This document shows, piece by piece, positions 51,047 to 63,978 of a DNA stretch of 63,978 nt. The DNA comes from Octopus bimaculoides (lineage: Eukaryota). Numbering within the stretch: position 1 is the stretch's first letter; every line of letters starts with the position of its first letter. The DNA is taken from assembly GCF_001194135.2 (NCBI RefSeq), contig NC_068989.1, forward strand, positions 39,056,640 to 39,120,617. Reading direction: 5' to 3'. Position numbers and translations under genes: made by a program. Under the pieces are notes generated by a model. That model saw nothing but the letters and a program-made list of their open reading frames with translations, was not told where the DNA came from and searched no databases.

Positions 51047-51600
51047 GTAGTAGTAGTAGTAGTAGTAACCCTTTTTATTATAGGCATAAGACCTGAAATT
51101 TGTGGGGATGGGACTAGTCAATTACATTGACTCCAGTGTTTCACTGCTACTTATTTCATCGACCCCAAAAGGATGAAAGGCAAAGTCAACCTTGATGGAA
51201 TTTGAACTCAGAATGTAAGGATGAATGAAATGCCAGTAAGCATTTTGCCCAGCATGCTAATGATTCTGTCAGCTCACCATCTTAATAATGATAATAATCA
51301 TAATAATAGTAATAATGATACTAATAATAATAGTAATAATAATAATAATAATAATGGTGATGATCTTTTCTACTATAGGTACAAGGCCTAACATTTGGGG
51401 GAGGGGATATTCAAGTACATCGACCCCAGTGCTCGACTGGTACTTAATTTAACAACCCTGAAAGGATGAAAGGCAAAGTTGACCTTGGCAGATAAATTAA
51501 GTACCAGTCAGAGTGTAAGAACAGATGAAATGCTGCTAAACATTTTGTCTGGCATGCTAACGGTTCTACCAGCTTGCCACCTTAATAATGATAATAAGAA
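50585..51600 (-). mobile_element. Head-to-tail array of about four family C SINEs with (AAT)n tails, antisense
   Basis: Reverse-complement homologues of the 29295-30095 units, separated by (AAT)n/(AGT)n. Confidence 0.8.
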
Positions 51601-52566
51601 AAGCAATAATAATTCAAAGGGATGAAAGCTAAAGTTGTCCTTGGCAGCATTTAATGGCAGCATTTAATGGCCAATATAAAAGTTAGTTAGTTAGTTGGTT
51701 GATTATTTTTTCAGTCACACTTAACATCATATAGAGAGAGATACAGAGAGAGTTAACATATGAGATGCAAGATGAGTGCACATACTAGTCTTGGTGACTG
51801 GGAAAGAATAAAAGAATGTTATACACACACACACACAGTGAGAGAGAAATAATTACAGAAACAGAGGAGGAGAAGTGGGAGTAAATGATGTAGTAATGAT
51901 TATATTTTCTTAATACTTCTTAGTATTTCTTTTGTCATTTTGTACAGACACCAAGACATTTGATAAAAGTTAAATTATAATTATTGGATTATTGGATTTA
52001 TGCCATATTTCCTGATATTACCCAATGTACATTGTTTTGTCTTAATATAAAAGGCTACAGCAAATATTTTGCTCACTACCACAAATTTGCTTGTCAGTTG
52101 TTTGACCTTAACCAGTTAAGCATGTCCTTTAGTGGCTGGCAATAAGTGCATCTCTGATCAGGAGCAGAAGTAGTGGGGCAGCATCATAACCATGTGTTGA
52201 GAGGAATCCTTTGTGGTTTGAATATTTCACTTCTGGAAGCATGGGTGTTTTGTTCAACATCCTTAAACAACCCTTATTCAAGGACCTTTTGAGTGAGGTT
52301 AGCTACTTGACCTAAAATAAATTCCAACTGGGCCCCACCTGCAAGGTCATGCATCGTTTATCTTTACATGAGATCACCATGTTGCGCACATATGGTTGCG
52401 ATGCATGTACCGGGTGGTTGTTCCATGGATAACAGGTGGCTAACAGGTGCATTAAATTCAATGCACTATAGATATTTTTTACTATTTGACTGCCCTAACA
52501 ATTAATGTGGAAGATATAAACCAAAAATGGATCTTCTATGCTACAGGTTACACCAAGTTGTTTTAA

Positions 52567-52773
52567 CCCTTTAGCATTCAAACCGGCCATATCCAGCCAA
52601 AATATTCTACCTGTTTTATGTTCAAACTGGCCAGATCTGACCTCTGCCATATACTGTATAATTTCACTCTAAAATAAACAATCGCAAAATCAACTTCCCA
52701 AAGCTAGAAGATAATGCATGATTAATTCAAAACAATATGAAAAAATAAGCATTACAATCTGAATGCTAAAAGG
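52567..52773. mobile_element. piggyBac-type MITE
   Basis: TTAA (52563-52566) + CCCTTTAGCATTCA ... TGAATGCTAAAAGG + TTAG (decayed TTAA). Confidence 0.75.
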
Positions 52774-53454
52774 TTAGTTAAACAAGAATGGGGAAAAAGG
52801 ACAATGCTTGAAGCTTTGGTAAAGGAAGGCCAATATTCAGACACCTGAATGGTGCTAATGTCCAGAAGGTAAAGATGGATTTGGAATTAAGTGCTTGTGT
52901 TCTGATATCATATTGCATTAATGAAACAATGACCAATTTTGTGGCATGAACTAATTTGTCAAAATATGTCAGGATTGACAACTTGGCTTTGCTTTAGGAA
53001 GGCAATGTGGCATGGACACATATAAAGAAATGTCTAAAATATGAGGGAATTAAGGAAACATGGAGGGTATAAATATGTCAATGTACAGTGTTTCTAATGG
53101 AGGTAGAATGTTGTAAGTTTGCTGTTGGATATATGTAGCAAGCTGGATCAGCTATTTGCAAACTGCAAAAATCCTCATCTAGTTGTTGGGCAATATATTC
53201 ATTGCTGGATTAAAAGGTTTAAAGTCTCCCTTAATTCCAGGTGGTTATTCCATGGATAACAGGTGGAAAAAAATGTGCTATTATGTGGGCTTCAAGAATT
53301 TAGGCATTCCCTGGCAGCATCAATTCCACTCAGCACCACTGGAATGAATGATACCTTTGAAAATACTAACAACATTGGTGATCTCCAATTGACAGGTGAT
53401 GAAAGGAATGTGCCACAATACAAGCTCTCTATGTGTCTGTCTGTCTATATGTCT

Positions 53455-53978
53455 CTCCCCCTCTTTCTATCTCTCTCTCTCTCAGTCTCTCTCTCTCTCT
53501 CAGTCTCTCTCTCTCTCTCTCAGTCTCTTTCTCTTTCTCTCTCTCTCAGTCTCTCTCTCTCTCTCTCAGTCTCTTTCTCTTTCTCTCTCTGTCTCTCAGT
53601 CTCTCTCCCTCTTTCAGTATGTCTCTCTGTCTCTTTCTCTNNNNNNNNNNNNNNNNNNNNNNNNNNNNNNNNNNNNNNNNNNNNNNNNNNNNNNNNNNNN
53701 NNNNNNNNNNNNNNNNNNNNNNNNNNNNNNNNNNNNNNNNNNNNNNNNNNNNNNNNNNNNNNNNNNNNNNNNNNNNNNNNNNNNNNNNNNNNNNNNNNNN
53801 NNNNNNNNNNNNNNNNNNNNNNNNNNNNNNNNNNNNNNNNNNNNNNNNNNNNNNNNNNNNNNNNNNNNNNNNNNNNNNNNNNNNNNNNNNNNNNNNNNNN
53901 NNNNNNNNNNNNNNNNNNNNNNNNNNNNNNNNNNNNNNNNNNNNNNNNNNNNNNNNNNNNNNNNNNNNNNNNNNNNNN

Positions 53979-54035
<57 letters not shown>
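53455..54035. repeat. Compound (CT)n/CAGT microsatellite, N gap (53641-53978) and (GATA)n
   Basis: Direct reading of the sequence. This region produces several spurious ORFs. Confidence 0.95.
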
Positions 54036-55206
54036 GTGTGTGTGTGTTGTTGTGTGTTTATTGTGCATATATTGAATATATATTTGTGTGTATGAGACAG
54101 ATGAAGGAGGTGTTAGATATTAATTTTTATATTTCCGTCTTCAGCTTCTATAGAGCCACTGAAGGTTTAATGGCCAACATAGTTTTTCTCTTTTTTCATT
54201 TTTCTATGTTCTTTACAGTTAAACATTGTTTCAGTATCGATCTAACATGAAAGAACTATAATTTACTTGCTTTCAGTGTGTGTGTGTGTGTGTGTGTGTT
54301 CATGCCCCTCTCTCTGTCTCAGTGGGTCCTTGTATGTGTCTCTCTCCCATCTCTGTCCCCCCTCTCTTCTCCTCCAAATCTGTTCCTCTCTCTCCTCCTC
54401 TCTACCTCCTCTTTCACCCTTTTTTCCACCCTCTCTCTATCTGTTACTCTGTGTCTTTGACAGTGTTGTGTATGCATCTTTACTAGTGTCTATGTGTTTG
54501 TATGTGTTGTCAGCATATATCTCTTTCTGTTCTTCACCTTCTCTCTTCTTTATCTTCCTCTCTTTCACTTGTAAGTGCATCTTTGAATTCATATTAACGT
54601 ATTTTGAGTGAATTCATGTATATGTGTTTGTGGGTGTGTGGCTGTGATATCTAAATGGTTATGTATGTGCTTTATGAGTATGTGTAAGTGAGATTTTTAA
54701 AATGTGTAGGAATATGCCAGTATGTCTCTTGGTAATTTTTCTGTATATGTGCGTGTGTGTAGGAAAGAGAGAGAGGGGGAAGGAGAAGGGGTGAGAGAGA
54801 GAGAGAGAGAGAATTATGGGTATGTGTGGTGTGTAGATTATTTTGAATGTCTTCTTGTTTGTGAATGTGTATGTATCTGTAGCTACGTATGTGTGTCTAT
54901 GTATCAGCATGGTGCACATGCTTCCCTCTGAAAATGTGCTTAGCATTTTTATATTCATATGTGTCTGTTTCAATGAGTATGAAAATAAGTGTGTGCGAGT
55001 GTGTTTCTGTGTGTGTATTATATGAATGCAAATGGTGTATATGGGTTGTAAGAACAAGTGCTTGTTTCAATATCTTGTTGCAAACGATTGGCAGATATCA
55101 TAGCAACTTCTTAGTTACAATACATGTAATACACTTAATGAAATTACATATATATATATTTATATATGTATATATATATCTATTTATCTATGTGTGTGTG
55201 TATTCA

Positions 55207-55240
<34 letters not shown>

Positions 55241-55493
55241 CATGTATATCTATTTATATATATCAATGAAAGTATTATATATATATATATATGTAATGGA
55301 CATTTAAATATATGTGCATATATGTTATATAAATATGAATGTATGTATATATATTTCTGTAAATAATACATATGTACACACACATTTCATAAAGTTGTAT
55401 GAACTGTGTGACTGATATATGTTTATTGTTGAGCAAAAGGTCTGTTTGGCATGAAGTAGTTGGCAGTCAGTGATTTGTATATATATGGGTATA

Positions 55494-55526
<33 letters not shown>

Positions 55527-55643
55527 ACACATACATATGTGTCTGTGTTCGTATATAAACTTGTGTGGCTTTATAGATATGTACACATGCACAGGTATAA
55601 ATGTGTGTGTGTATATGTATATACATATATATATATATACACT

Positions 55644-55800
<157 letters not shown>

Positions 55801-57914
55801 AAACGAGAATGAGCATGTAAGCAGGCACACACACACACACACATATTTGAATGAATGTGTGGTTAAATATTGGACTCTAAAGTTGTTATTGACGTTTTTG
55901 AGTTGGTATAATTGAAACACTTGAGATAAACAAGTGGAAAGATAGACTATTCTCAGACATATATTTTCAAATATTCCAGAGAGATTTGAGTTTCATGAGT
56001 TTTGACCAACCTTGCAGTATAATTCTCAGAAATGTTCTACTACATTACAGATATTACTGTTGAACTTAAGTCTTTGTGCACACATCTAAACTGGTGCCTG
56101 TTTGTGTTTGACTGTTATTTATATGTGGCACTGAGTTAGAGATGGTTTTTCATAATTTATATAAATGGATAGATAGGTAGAGGAACAGTTTCTACAGAGC
56201 AGCTTTGAAATTTGAAGGAAAGTAAAGTTCAAATATTATTAGAATGAATTATTTAAAATATTTTTGAATTTCCTGGTGAAACAACCTCAGTTGAGTACCT
56301 TATGGCAGAAAAGAAAGATAACGAACCAGTGGACTTATTTATTTGGCTGTAACAAAAACATTTTGGCTAGGATATATGTTTCAAAAACTGTCTAATAACA
56401 CCACTTCGAAGATATTGATTTCGAGTTCGTCCAGAAAAGAAAGACATATAGGCTAACAAAAACATTTCCAAAGATACATGTAAGAGGTTCTTGCCAGAAA
56501 ATAGCCAAATATGGCAAAGGATCAAAAAAATAATAAATAGAAATAAAATAAACTAGGTGCAGTGAAAGTAGAAAAACGTTTTAGAAATATGTTTGAGCTC
56601 TATGGACTAAGATAAAGTAAATATACAAATACAAGCAAACAAAAGGAGATGACTCTTACAAAAGATTTCTGCGTTAAGAAGTCTTTTCTGTTGCAAATTG
56701 TAATATGTTTTTATAGTCATAAGACATGGCTGCGTGGTTAAGAAATTTAATTCATGACTCTAAAGTTTCAGGCACAATCCTACTGCATGGCATCTTGGGC
56801 AAGTGTCTTCTACAGTAGCCTTCAGTGTATCAAAAACTTGTAAGTGATATTTGGTGGACAGAAACTGTGTGGAGGGCCTTCAGAGTAGCGTTGTTGTATG
56901 TGTAGAGGTACAAGGGTAGTTAATTTGGATGTAAAATTCTTAGAGGTGAAAAATTTCAGAGAATTAGAAATAGAGATGATAGATAAATTAAAAAAACAGT
57001 AATGCACCCTCTTCACAATACTTGCTTTGTCCTGGGTAATGGCAACCCACACTTTGCCACTGCTTTAGAGAGACTACTTCTATTGATGAGTGGTAGACAT
57101 AATCCATCACCTAATTTTAACACCACCACTACCACCATCATCACCCCTTGGTGTCTTGCAGTAGACAGTCCATCACCAGCTCGACCATCATGTTGGTGTC
57201 ACATAATAGACATAATTCATCACCTAGTTTAGCAGCAGTACCACCAACACTTTGGTGCCTTGTGGTAGAATTGATCCACCAACCAGTTTAGCACCACCAT
57301 TAGAGTGCCTTTTGCAGAAGCTACTCTGTAGGCAATCACTTTGGTGAGGTTCCCAGTTTGAGGAAAAAAAATTTTTTTTCCAATCAAATACTTTGAAAAA
57401 GTGATTTAGAACTACACTTCTTGCTCTGCCTTAGCCATTAAAAATATTTTGCATGATTCATATCCATAGGCTTTTATTTTCTAGGTATAGTATTTTGTGG
57501 ACTACATTATCCAACATATCCTTCTTTATTTCTAAGGTGTTGGGATATGATTTGAAGAAGACTTAGATGAGTTTTCTAATAGATAAAAGTGATCACATAA
57601 AGGCCTGCTCTTGGCTTGCATTGAATGAAGTTTTATTACTCTATACAACATTTAATTAGTAATTGTCAAGCATATCATTCAATATTTGCTGTAGTTTTCA
57701 TTGTTTAGCTGCTGATCAAGTAGGCTTATGATTAAAGGAATTCCAGCTTTGATTATTCAGGAATGGTTTATTAAAGAGTATATTATCTAATGTGTTCTTC
57801 CTTGTTTATAATGGTACAATGTGATTTGAAAGAAATTTGGCTGGAAATTTCTTGCAGGTATTTTGCAACCACTTGTTGATTTATATTTGGCTCAGTTAAT
57901 TAGTTTTATAGGTT

Positions 57915-58126
57915 ATACTCTTTACTCTTTTACTTGTTTCAGTCATTTGACTGTGGCCATGCTGGAGCACCGCCTTTAGTCAAGCAAATCGACCCCAGGA
58001 CTTATTCTTTATAAGCCTTGTACTTATTTTATCGGTCTCTTATGCCGAACTGCTAAGTTACGGGGATGTAAACACACCACCATTGGTTGTCAAGCGATGT
58101 TGGGGGGACAAACATAAACACACAAG

Positions 58127-58165
<39 letters not shown>

Positions 58166-58190
58166 GTACATATANNNNNNNNNNNNNNNN

Positions 58191-58231
<41 letters not shown>

Positions 58232-58398
58232 TATATATATGATGGGCTTCTTTCAGTTTCTGTCTACCGAATCCACTCACAAGGCTTTTGTCAGCCTGAG
58301 GCTATAGTAGAAGACACTTACCCAAAGTGCCAAGCAGTGTGACTGAACCCGGAACTATGTGATTCATCAGCAAGCTACTTACCACACAGCCACTCCTA
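57915..58398 (-). mobile_element. SINE family A, antisense (16-N gap at 58175-58190)
   Basis: Homologous to 30616-31075. Confidence 0.88.
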
Positions 58399-59699
58399 TG
58401 GCTGAATATAAATTGAATGATTGACAGTATTCATCTCAGCACAGTCTTCATACTATGTTGACAGTCAATATCATATAGGTTGGGTCTAGTCAGCCAGTTG
58501 TAAATACATACCATGTGATAGTACAGCTTGTGATGGGAGTAACATATAACTAAGAAGTGCTTCATTAGCTCATTGCTTTGAGTTCAAGACCATGAGAAGA
58601 AATAACAAGAAAACTCTGAGGTGTCTTGTTTGTTGAAATGTCGTGTTTAGAGTAATTATTCATCATTTTCCATTCAGTAACCAATCTAATTTAGTTATTT
58701 AGTATTTTATAGTAAATATTTTAGTTGTTTGAAGCAGTTGACACCTTTCACTTGCATTACTTTGTTTTCTGACTGTAAAAGACAAGTTTCATTTTCAGCC
58801 ATGCAGTTGGTGCAGGTTTGGTGATGAGGGCAAGGAACTAAGTTCAATCTCTCTGCATGAGAATTTGGGCATGTGTCTTTTACTAAATCCATTTTTTAAC
58901 TCAAGCTATGTAAGTGAATTTGGTAGATGGAAACTGAGAGAAGCCTGTCATATATATATATAAGTATGTGTATTGTGTGTGTTTATATTTGCAAGCCATG
59001 AGGACTAGTGAATTCAATTCTGTCAACAATATTTGCAGTATACTCCTTTCACATTGTTATTGATGATAGTTTAAAACATTTTTCTTTGCCGCTTTATCTA
59101 CTCTAATTTGTTCTTGTTGGCTATATATGGAGAAATGTGTTCAATGGATAAAATCCTGTGCTGGGTATATTTTAAAATTTGCATACCTGTTACATGCAGG
59201 ATACATGGCTACATTTCTCATTATCCTTATTAGATCTCCTTTTAGATTGTTTACCTTAATTTTCTCTTACATAGCAGAATGCTCATCAATCAGTTTCTTA
59301 ATGGCCATAGATTTCATTTAATGCAAACTGGTGGAACTATTTTTTATTACTTACAACTTCTAATTATAGTCCAGTATCTAGTACAGGCAGCATTCCATTG
59401 GGTGTATCTAGATGAGCTGTCAATAATTGTCTGGAGGATGGCATTTACTATGTACTGGATGTTATTCACAGCCTTCTCATCCAGCTCTCAGATAACTTTT
59501 TATGAAGCTGTTTTAACTTCAAGGCTTATATTAGCTCTATAGCAAAAGTTCTTTACTATAATTATAGATGTTTAAAAGAACTCTAAGCTTCAAGAGCTCC
59601 CACTTCCAGATCGGTTGTTGTTTTAAGACTTTCAAGCTCTAAGTCTGAAGTCACAACTAACCCATATTGGAAGTACCTTGTTCACTATGAAAGGACTTT

Positions 59700-60010
59700 G
59701 CATTCACATGTATCTACCTATCCTATTTTCTGGTGAGTTGCTAGTCAATCATAAGTAATTGAGTGGATGATGGGTTTTCTGAAGTTACTATTGCAGTTCA
59801 ACAAGTCATTAGCATTGCAGTACTCCAGCAGATTTGTACTTGCTTCATTTTTAGAACTACAACCATAATCTCCATGTACAACAAGAAATCCATTGGAGTA
59901 CTGTCCAACATGTCCATTGAAATCATCAGTCACAATGATAAAGTCTTTGTCGTCTGTTGTCGAGGTAATCTGCAGAAGGGACTTATAGAATTGATCCTTC
60001 AGTTCATCTG
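59700..60010 (-). mobile_element. RTE LINE APE endonuclease fragment
   Basis: Minus ORF reads DDFNGHVGQYSNGFLVVHGDYG..KNEASTNLLEYCNANDL..NSNFRK. Confidence 0.8.
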
Positions 60011-60439
60011 TTAGTCCAACATGTGGGCATAAGCTGAGATTATACTGTTATATAATCTAATACAAATCTTAGCTTAACTATCATATCACACACACTCTGA
60101 TTACCTTGATCATTTTATCTATATATACATATGAATATGTATAAAACTATATGTATATGTAACAATGTAAATCTATGACACTCTTCTGTTGCACTCAACT
60201 TTTGCAGTTTCTTCTAGCATACGTTTTAAAATAAACACTTAAAAACTATTGAAAAGTTCTCACATTTTCAGTGCAAAGTATATTGAAATATGTAAATGTC
60301 TGTATTTACAGTTAAACAGTTTTCTGTAATTTAAGTATATTTTATTATCATTTTTAATGCATTTATGCATCATAAACATATTTATCAACATTATTGATTG
60401 CAGACATTCAAATATACATGAATAACTACTTCCATCATC

Positions 60440-62110
60440 ATCACCTTCATTATTTTACATCTGTTTTCGATGCTGGCATGGGTTGGGTGGTTTGACTGAA
60501 AACTGGTAAGCCGGGAAGCTACACCCGGTTCCGATCTGATTTGGCAAGGTTTTTACAGCTGGATGCCCTTCCTAATGCTAACCACTCTGAGAGTATAGTG
60601 GGTAATTTTTATGTGCCACTGGCATGGCTGCCATTGACCTGATACCAGCATCAGCCACGACTATGGTTTCACTTAGCTTGACAGGTCTACACAAGCATGC
60701 TATATTGCCAAAGGTTTCAGTCACCTGTTACTGTCTCCATGAGGCCCAATGCTCAAATGGTACTTTTTGCATGCTACTGGCATCAAACCATAGAAAAAAT
60801 CTAACTCAATAAAATCATCCAACTCGTGCAATCATGAAAACTGGATGTTAAAATTATATATGTATATACAAATATATATATATATATCATCATCATCATC
60901 GTTTAATGTCCGCTTTCTATGCTAGCATGGGTTGGATGATTTGACTGAGGACTGGTGGAACTCGAAGGCTACACCAGGCTCCAATCTGATTTGGCAGAGT
61001 TTCTACAGCTGGATGCCCTTCCTAACGCTAACCACTCCGAGAGTGTAGTAGGTGCTTTTATGTGTCACCGGCACGAAGGCTAGTCAGGCAATACTGGTAA
61101 TGGCCACGCTCAAAATGGTAATGATTTCAAATTTTTTCCACAAGGGTAACTTCGGGGAGGGGATTAAGTCAATTACATTGACTCCAGTGTGCCACTGGTA
61201 CTTATTTAATTGACCCTGAAAAGATGAAAAGCAAAGTTAACCTCAGCAGAATTTGAACACAGAACGTAGCAATAGGCAAAATACCGCTAAGTATTTCACC
61301 TACCACGCTAATGATTCTGCTAGCTCACTGCCTTTATATATATATGCCAGTACTGCCTGACTGGCTCCCATGCCAGGGGCATGTAAAAAGCACCATTCGA
61401 ATGTGGTCAATGCCAATGCTGGCTGTCTGGTCTCATGTCAGTGGCACATAAAAAGCACCATTTGAGCGTGGTCATTGCCAGTGCTGCCTGTTTGGCTCCT
61501 GTGCTGGTGGCACGTAAAAAGCACCGTTCAAGCGTGGTTGATGCCAGTACTGCCTGTTTGGCTCCTGTGCTGGTGGCACGTAAAAAGCACCGTTCAAGTG
61601 TGGTTGATGCCAGTACTGCCTGACTGGCCCTCGTGCTGGTGGCACATAAAAAGCACCCACTACACTCTCGGTGTTAGGAAGGGCATCCAGCTGTAGAAAC
61701 TTTGCCAGATCAGACTGGAGCCTGGTGCAGCCTTCTGGCTTGCCAGCCATCAGACAAACCGTCCAACCCATGCCGGCATGGAAAGTGGACGTTAAACGAC
61801 GACGATGATGGTGTTGATGGTATATAATCATCATCATCATCATCTTTCAATATATCTTCGCCTATGCAGGCATGGGGTGGATAGTTTGACAGGAGCTGGT
61901 CAGCTGAAGAGTTGCCCATGCTCCAGTTGTCTGTTTTGGCATGGCTTCTATGGCTAGATGCCCTTCCTAATGCCAACCACTTTAAAAAGTGTGCTGGGTG
62001 CTTTTATGTGACATTGGCACAGGTGTTTTATGACACACTGACATGGTCACTTTTACATGGCCACCTTTACATGACACTAGCATGGGCACTTTTATGTGAC
62101 ACTGACATGG
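60440..62110. mobile_element. Cluster of family B and C SINEs in both orientations, including a 5 x ~65-bp internal tandem array (61347-61665)
   Basis: Family B antisense 60440-60800 and 60890-61120, family C antisense 61130-61335, family B sense 61347-61815 with GCCAGTACTGCC..GGCAC(G/A)TAAAAAGCACC units, and antisense 61830-62110. Confidence 0.8.
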
Positions 62111-63682
62111 TCGTTTTTACGTATACACACACATATATGAACATAATACTTCCTAGTAGGCTATTCCTGTTTCATTTACTTGGAAATTTATCTGAAGCAA
62201 ATCATGGTTATGTATAAGCATGTTTATGGTAAGTTACACTTTCGATAAATGGAGTCGTTATTTATTATTGGGGTGATCTGTCATATGACAGGTAAATAAG
62301 AAGTGAATTTCATGAACTGGATAAAAATGTGATATGAATTAAGTGAGTATTAGTACTATTGATAGATAAAGAGTAATAGCTGGAGTCTATACAAAGTGAA
62401 GGAGGAACAAGATAATATTGCCTCAAACGAAATAGAAAGAGTACTTACTTGCCAATGTAATTGAATTAAGGCAGAATCTTGAGTTCAAGAAAACGTGAGG
62501 GAAAAGAATGTAAATGAAAAGAATAAGTGCAGGCATAAGAAGTTCGTCATGATTCAGCTTAAAATATGGAACTGCTAAATTGAGAATGACTGTAAAATTT
62601 AATAAATTTATCACGTGCATGTAAAACTGAGAATCAAAAAGATGATGTAAAACATTTTTTTTTGTTGAATTTTGCCTTCAAACAAACTTTTTCATTTCAA
62701 TGTGTGTTGACAATGTACATGATTCGTTGACACAAAGGGACTTTGAGACACCAGTGTTTCAGCCTGGTTGTGTCACTTCAGTCAAAGATACCCATGGATC
62801 AATAAATTTAAACAAGAAAGGTGGTTCTTGGTTTTTTTTCTTTGTTTTTTTGTTTTTTTTTGCAAATGCTAAACTGATAATAAATAATTTTGTGCACATA
62901 AAACAGCAAGAACTTAAATTATGTACATATTCAGTCTTAATATATTCTGGCAAATTGGAAAGTGAATATGTTAATTTGTTTTGTATTTTGCACTCAGAGA
63001 AAATCTTCTCATTTCAGATGCTGTGTCTTCACAGTACACTGAATTCCTTGACATAAAAGGACCTGGAGACACCAGTTCATTGACTTGACTGTGTTTCTTC
63101 AGTCAAAGCAATTCTACTCTGGGATCAGAAGAATGACTATTCAATACTATAATAGAAATTCAAGATATTTTATTTTTACTTTGGTTGAATCAGTTTCTTG
63201 TTAGTCTGAGTTTTTACGTGTGTGTTCACAGGGACATAGATTCATACTTTCCTTCAACCTTTGCATCCCTGTTGATAGAGATAGTGGTCTCTGTTTGCAA
63301 TCCACAATGAAAGTATGTCCAGGCTTCTTGTCATGGGGAAGGGAATCCAGCTACAGAAAGATTTAGTTGAAAGTTTTATCTGAACCACACATGCATGGAA
63401 AAATAGACATAAATATTATGATGATGATAATGATGATTACATATATATATATAAATGTACATAAATATATGAGTGTGCATATGTATACACTACTTGAATA
63501 CCTATATGCATAATATATACATATGTGTATGGGTATGTGTGTATGTATATACCTATATGCATTAAATATATACGTATGGGTGTGCATGTATGTATATATA
63601 AAGAATTCTGATTTTGGAGATGCTGGTTCGTGCATGACGCATAACTTTTGATAATTCTTGTTTTGTATACCAAGTATGTATG

Positions 63683-63749
<67 letters not shown>

Positions 63750-63978
63750 ACACACACACACACACACACACAGATAGATAAATGAGAGAAAGCAGAATAA
63801 ATGAAATACTTTATTATTTAAATTCACTATAATTGTTTCAGCACATTTTTATATTGATGTATATCCAGTAAAAGTGGCATTTCCACTGTATGATGACATT
63901 AGGTAGCCAATAACTGTAGACTAGCTTTGTATAGTACTCTACAAGGTTTTTTACCAGAATCTTATTTAACTATATATA

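Noticed and set aside
61347-61665. Regular ~65-bp repeats as a CRISPR-like array
   Set aside because: The units are contiguous with no unique spacers and lie inside a SINE in eukaryotic DNA. This is a tandem expansion.
63221-63312. AG/GT-bounded open segment GHRFILSFNLCIPVDRDSGLCLQSTMK
   Set aside because: No similarity to the expected M1 continuation. It adjoins a SINE fragment.

Overview
This is AT-rich, microsatellite-dense animal genomic DNA. The SINE families and (TA)n/(CA)n load suggest an octopod cephalopod (inference). The only host-gene sequence I can support is two phase-0 coding exons of a + strand M1-family zinc aminopeptidase (1898-2011 and 22200-22334), separated by a 20.2-kb intron and followed by more than 41 kb without a recognisable next exon. 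The rest is intronic mobile DNA: three or four tRNA-derived or LINE-tailed SINE families, a near full-length dead RTE LINE plus fragments, two R4/Dong-type RLE LINE 3' ends, a mariner transposase remnant, several MITEs and four Penelope-like (PLE) remnants. Four observations stand out. (1) A near full-length Naiad-type PLE (33947-36140) shows pervasive strand-specific A-to-G replacement with an ADAR-like context, as if a hyper-edited RNA was reverse-transcribed into the genome. (2) A second, unedited Naiad-type PLE (39910-43840) is bracketed by long inverted pseudo-LTRs, each carrying a minimal hammerhead-like ribozyme. (3) A TA-flanked element with 78-bp TIRs (5618-7016) has an interior that is a copy of adjacent intronic DNA (Pack-like capture). 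(4) A 335-bp near-identical templated duplication brackets the catalytic-Tyr exon. All alignments and counts were done by eye, with no database searches.
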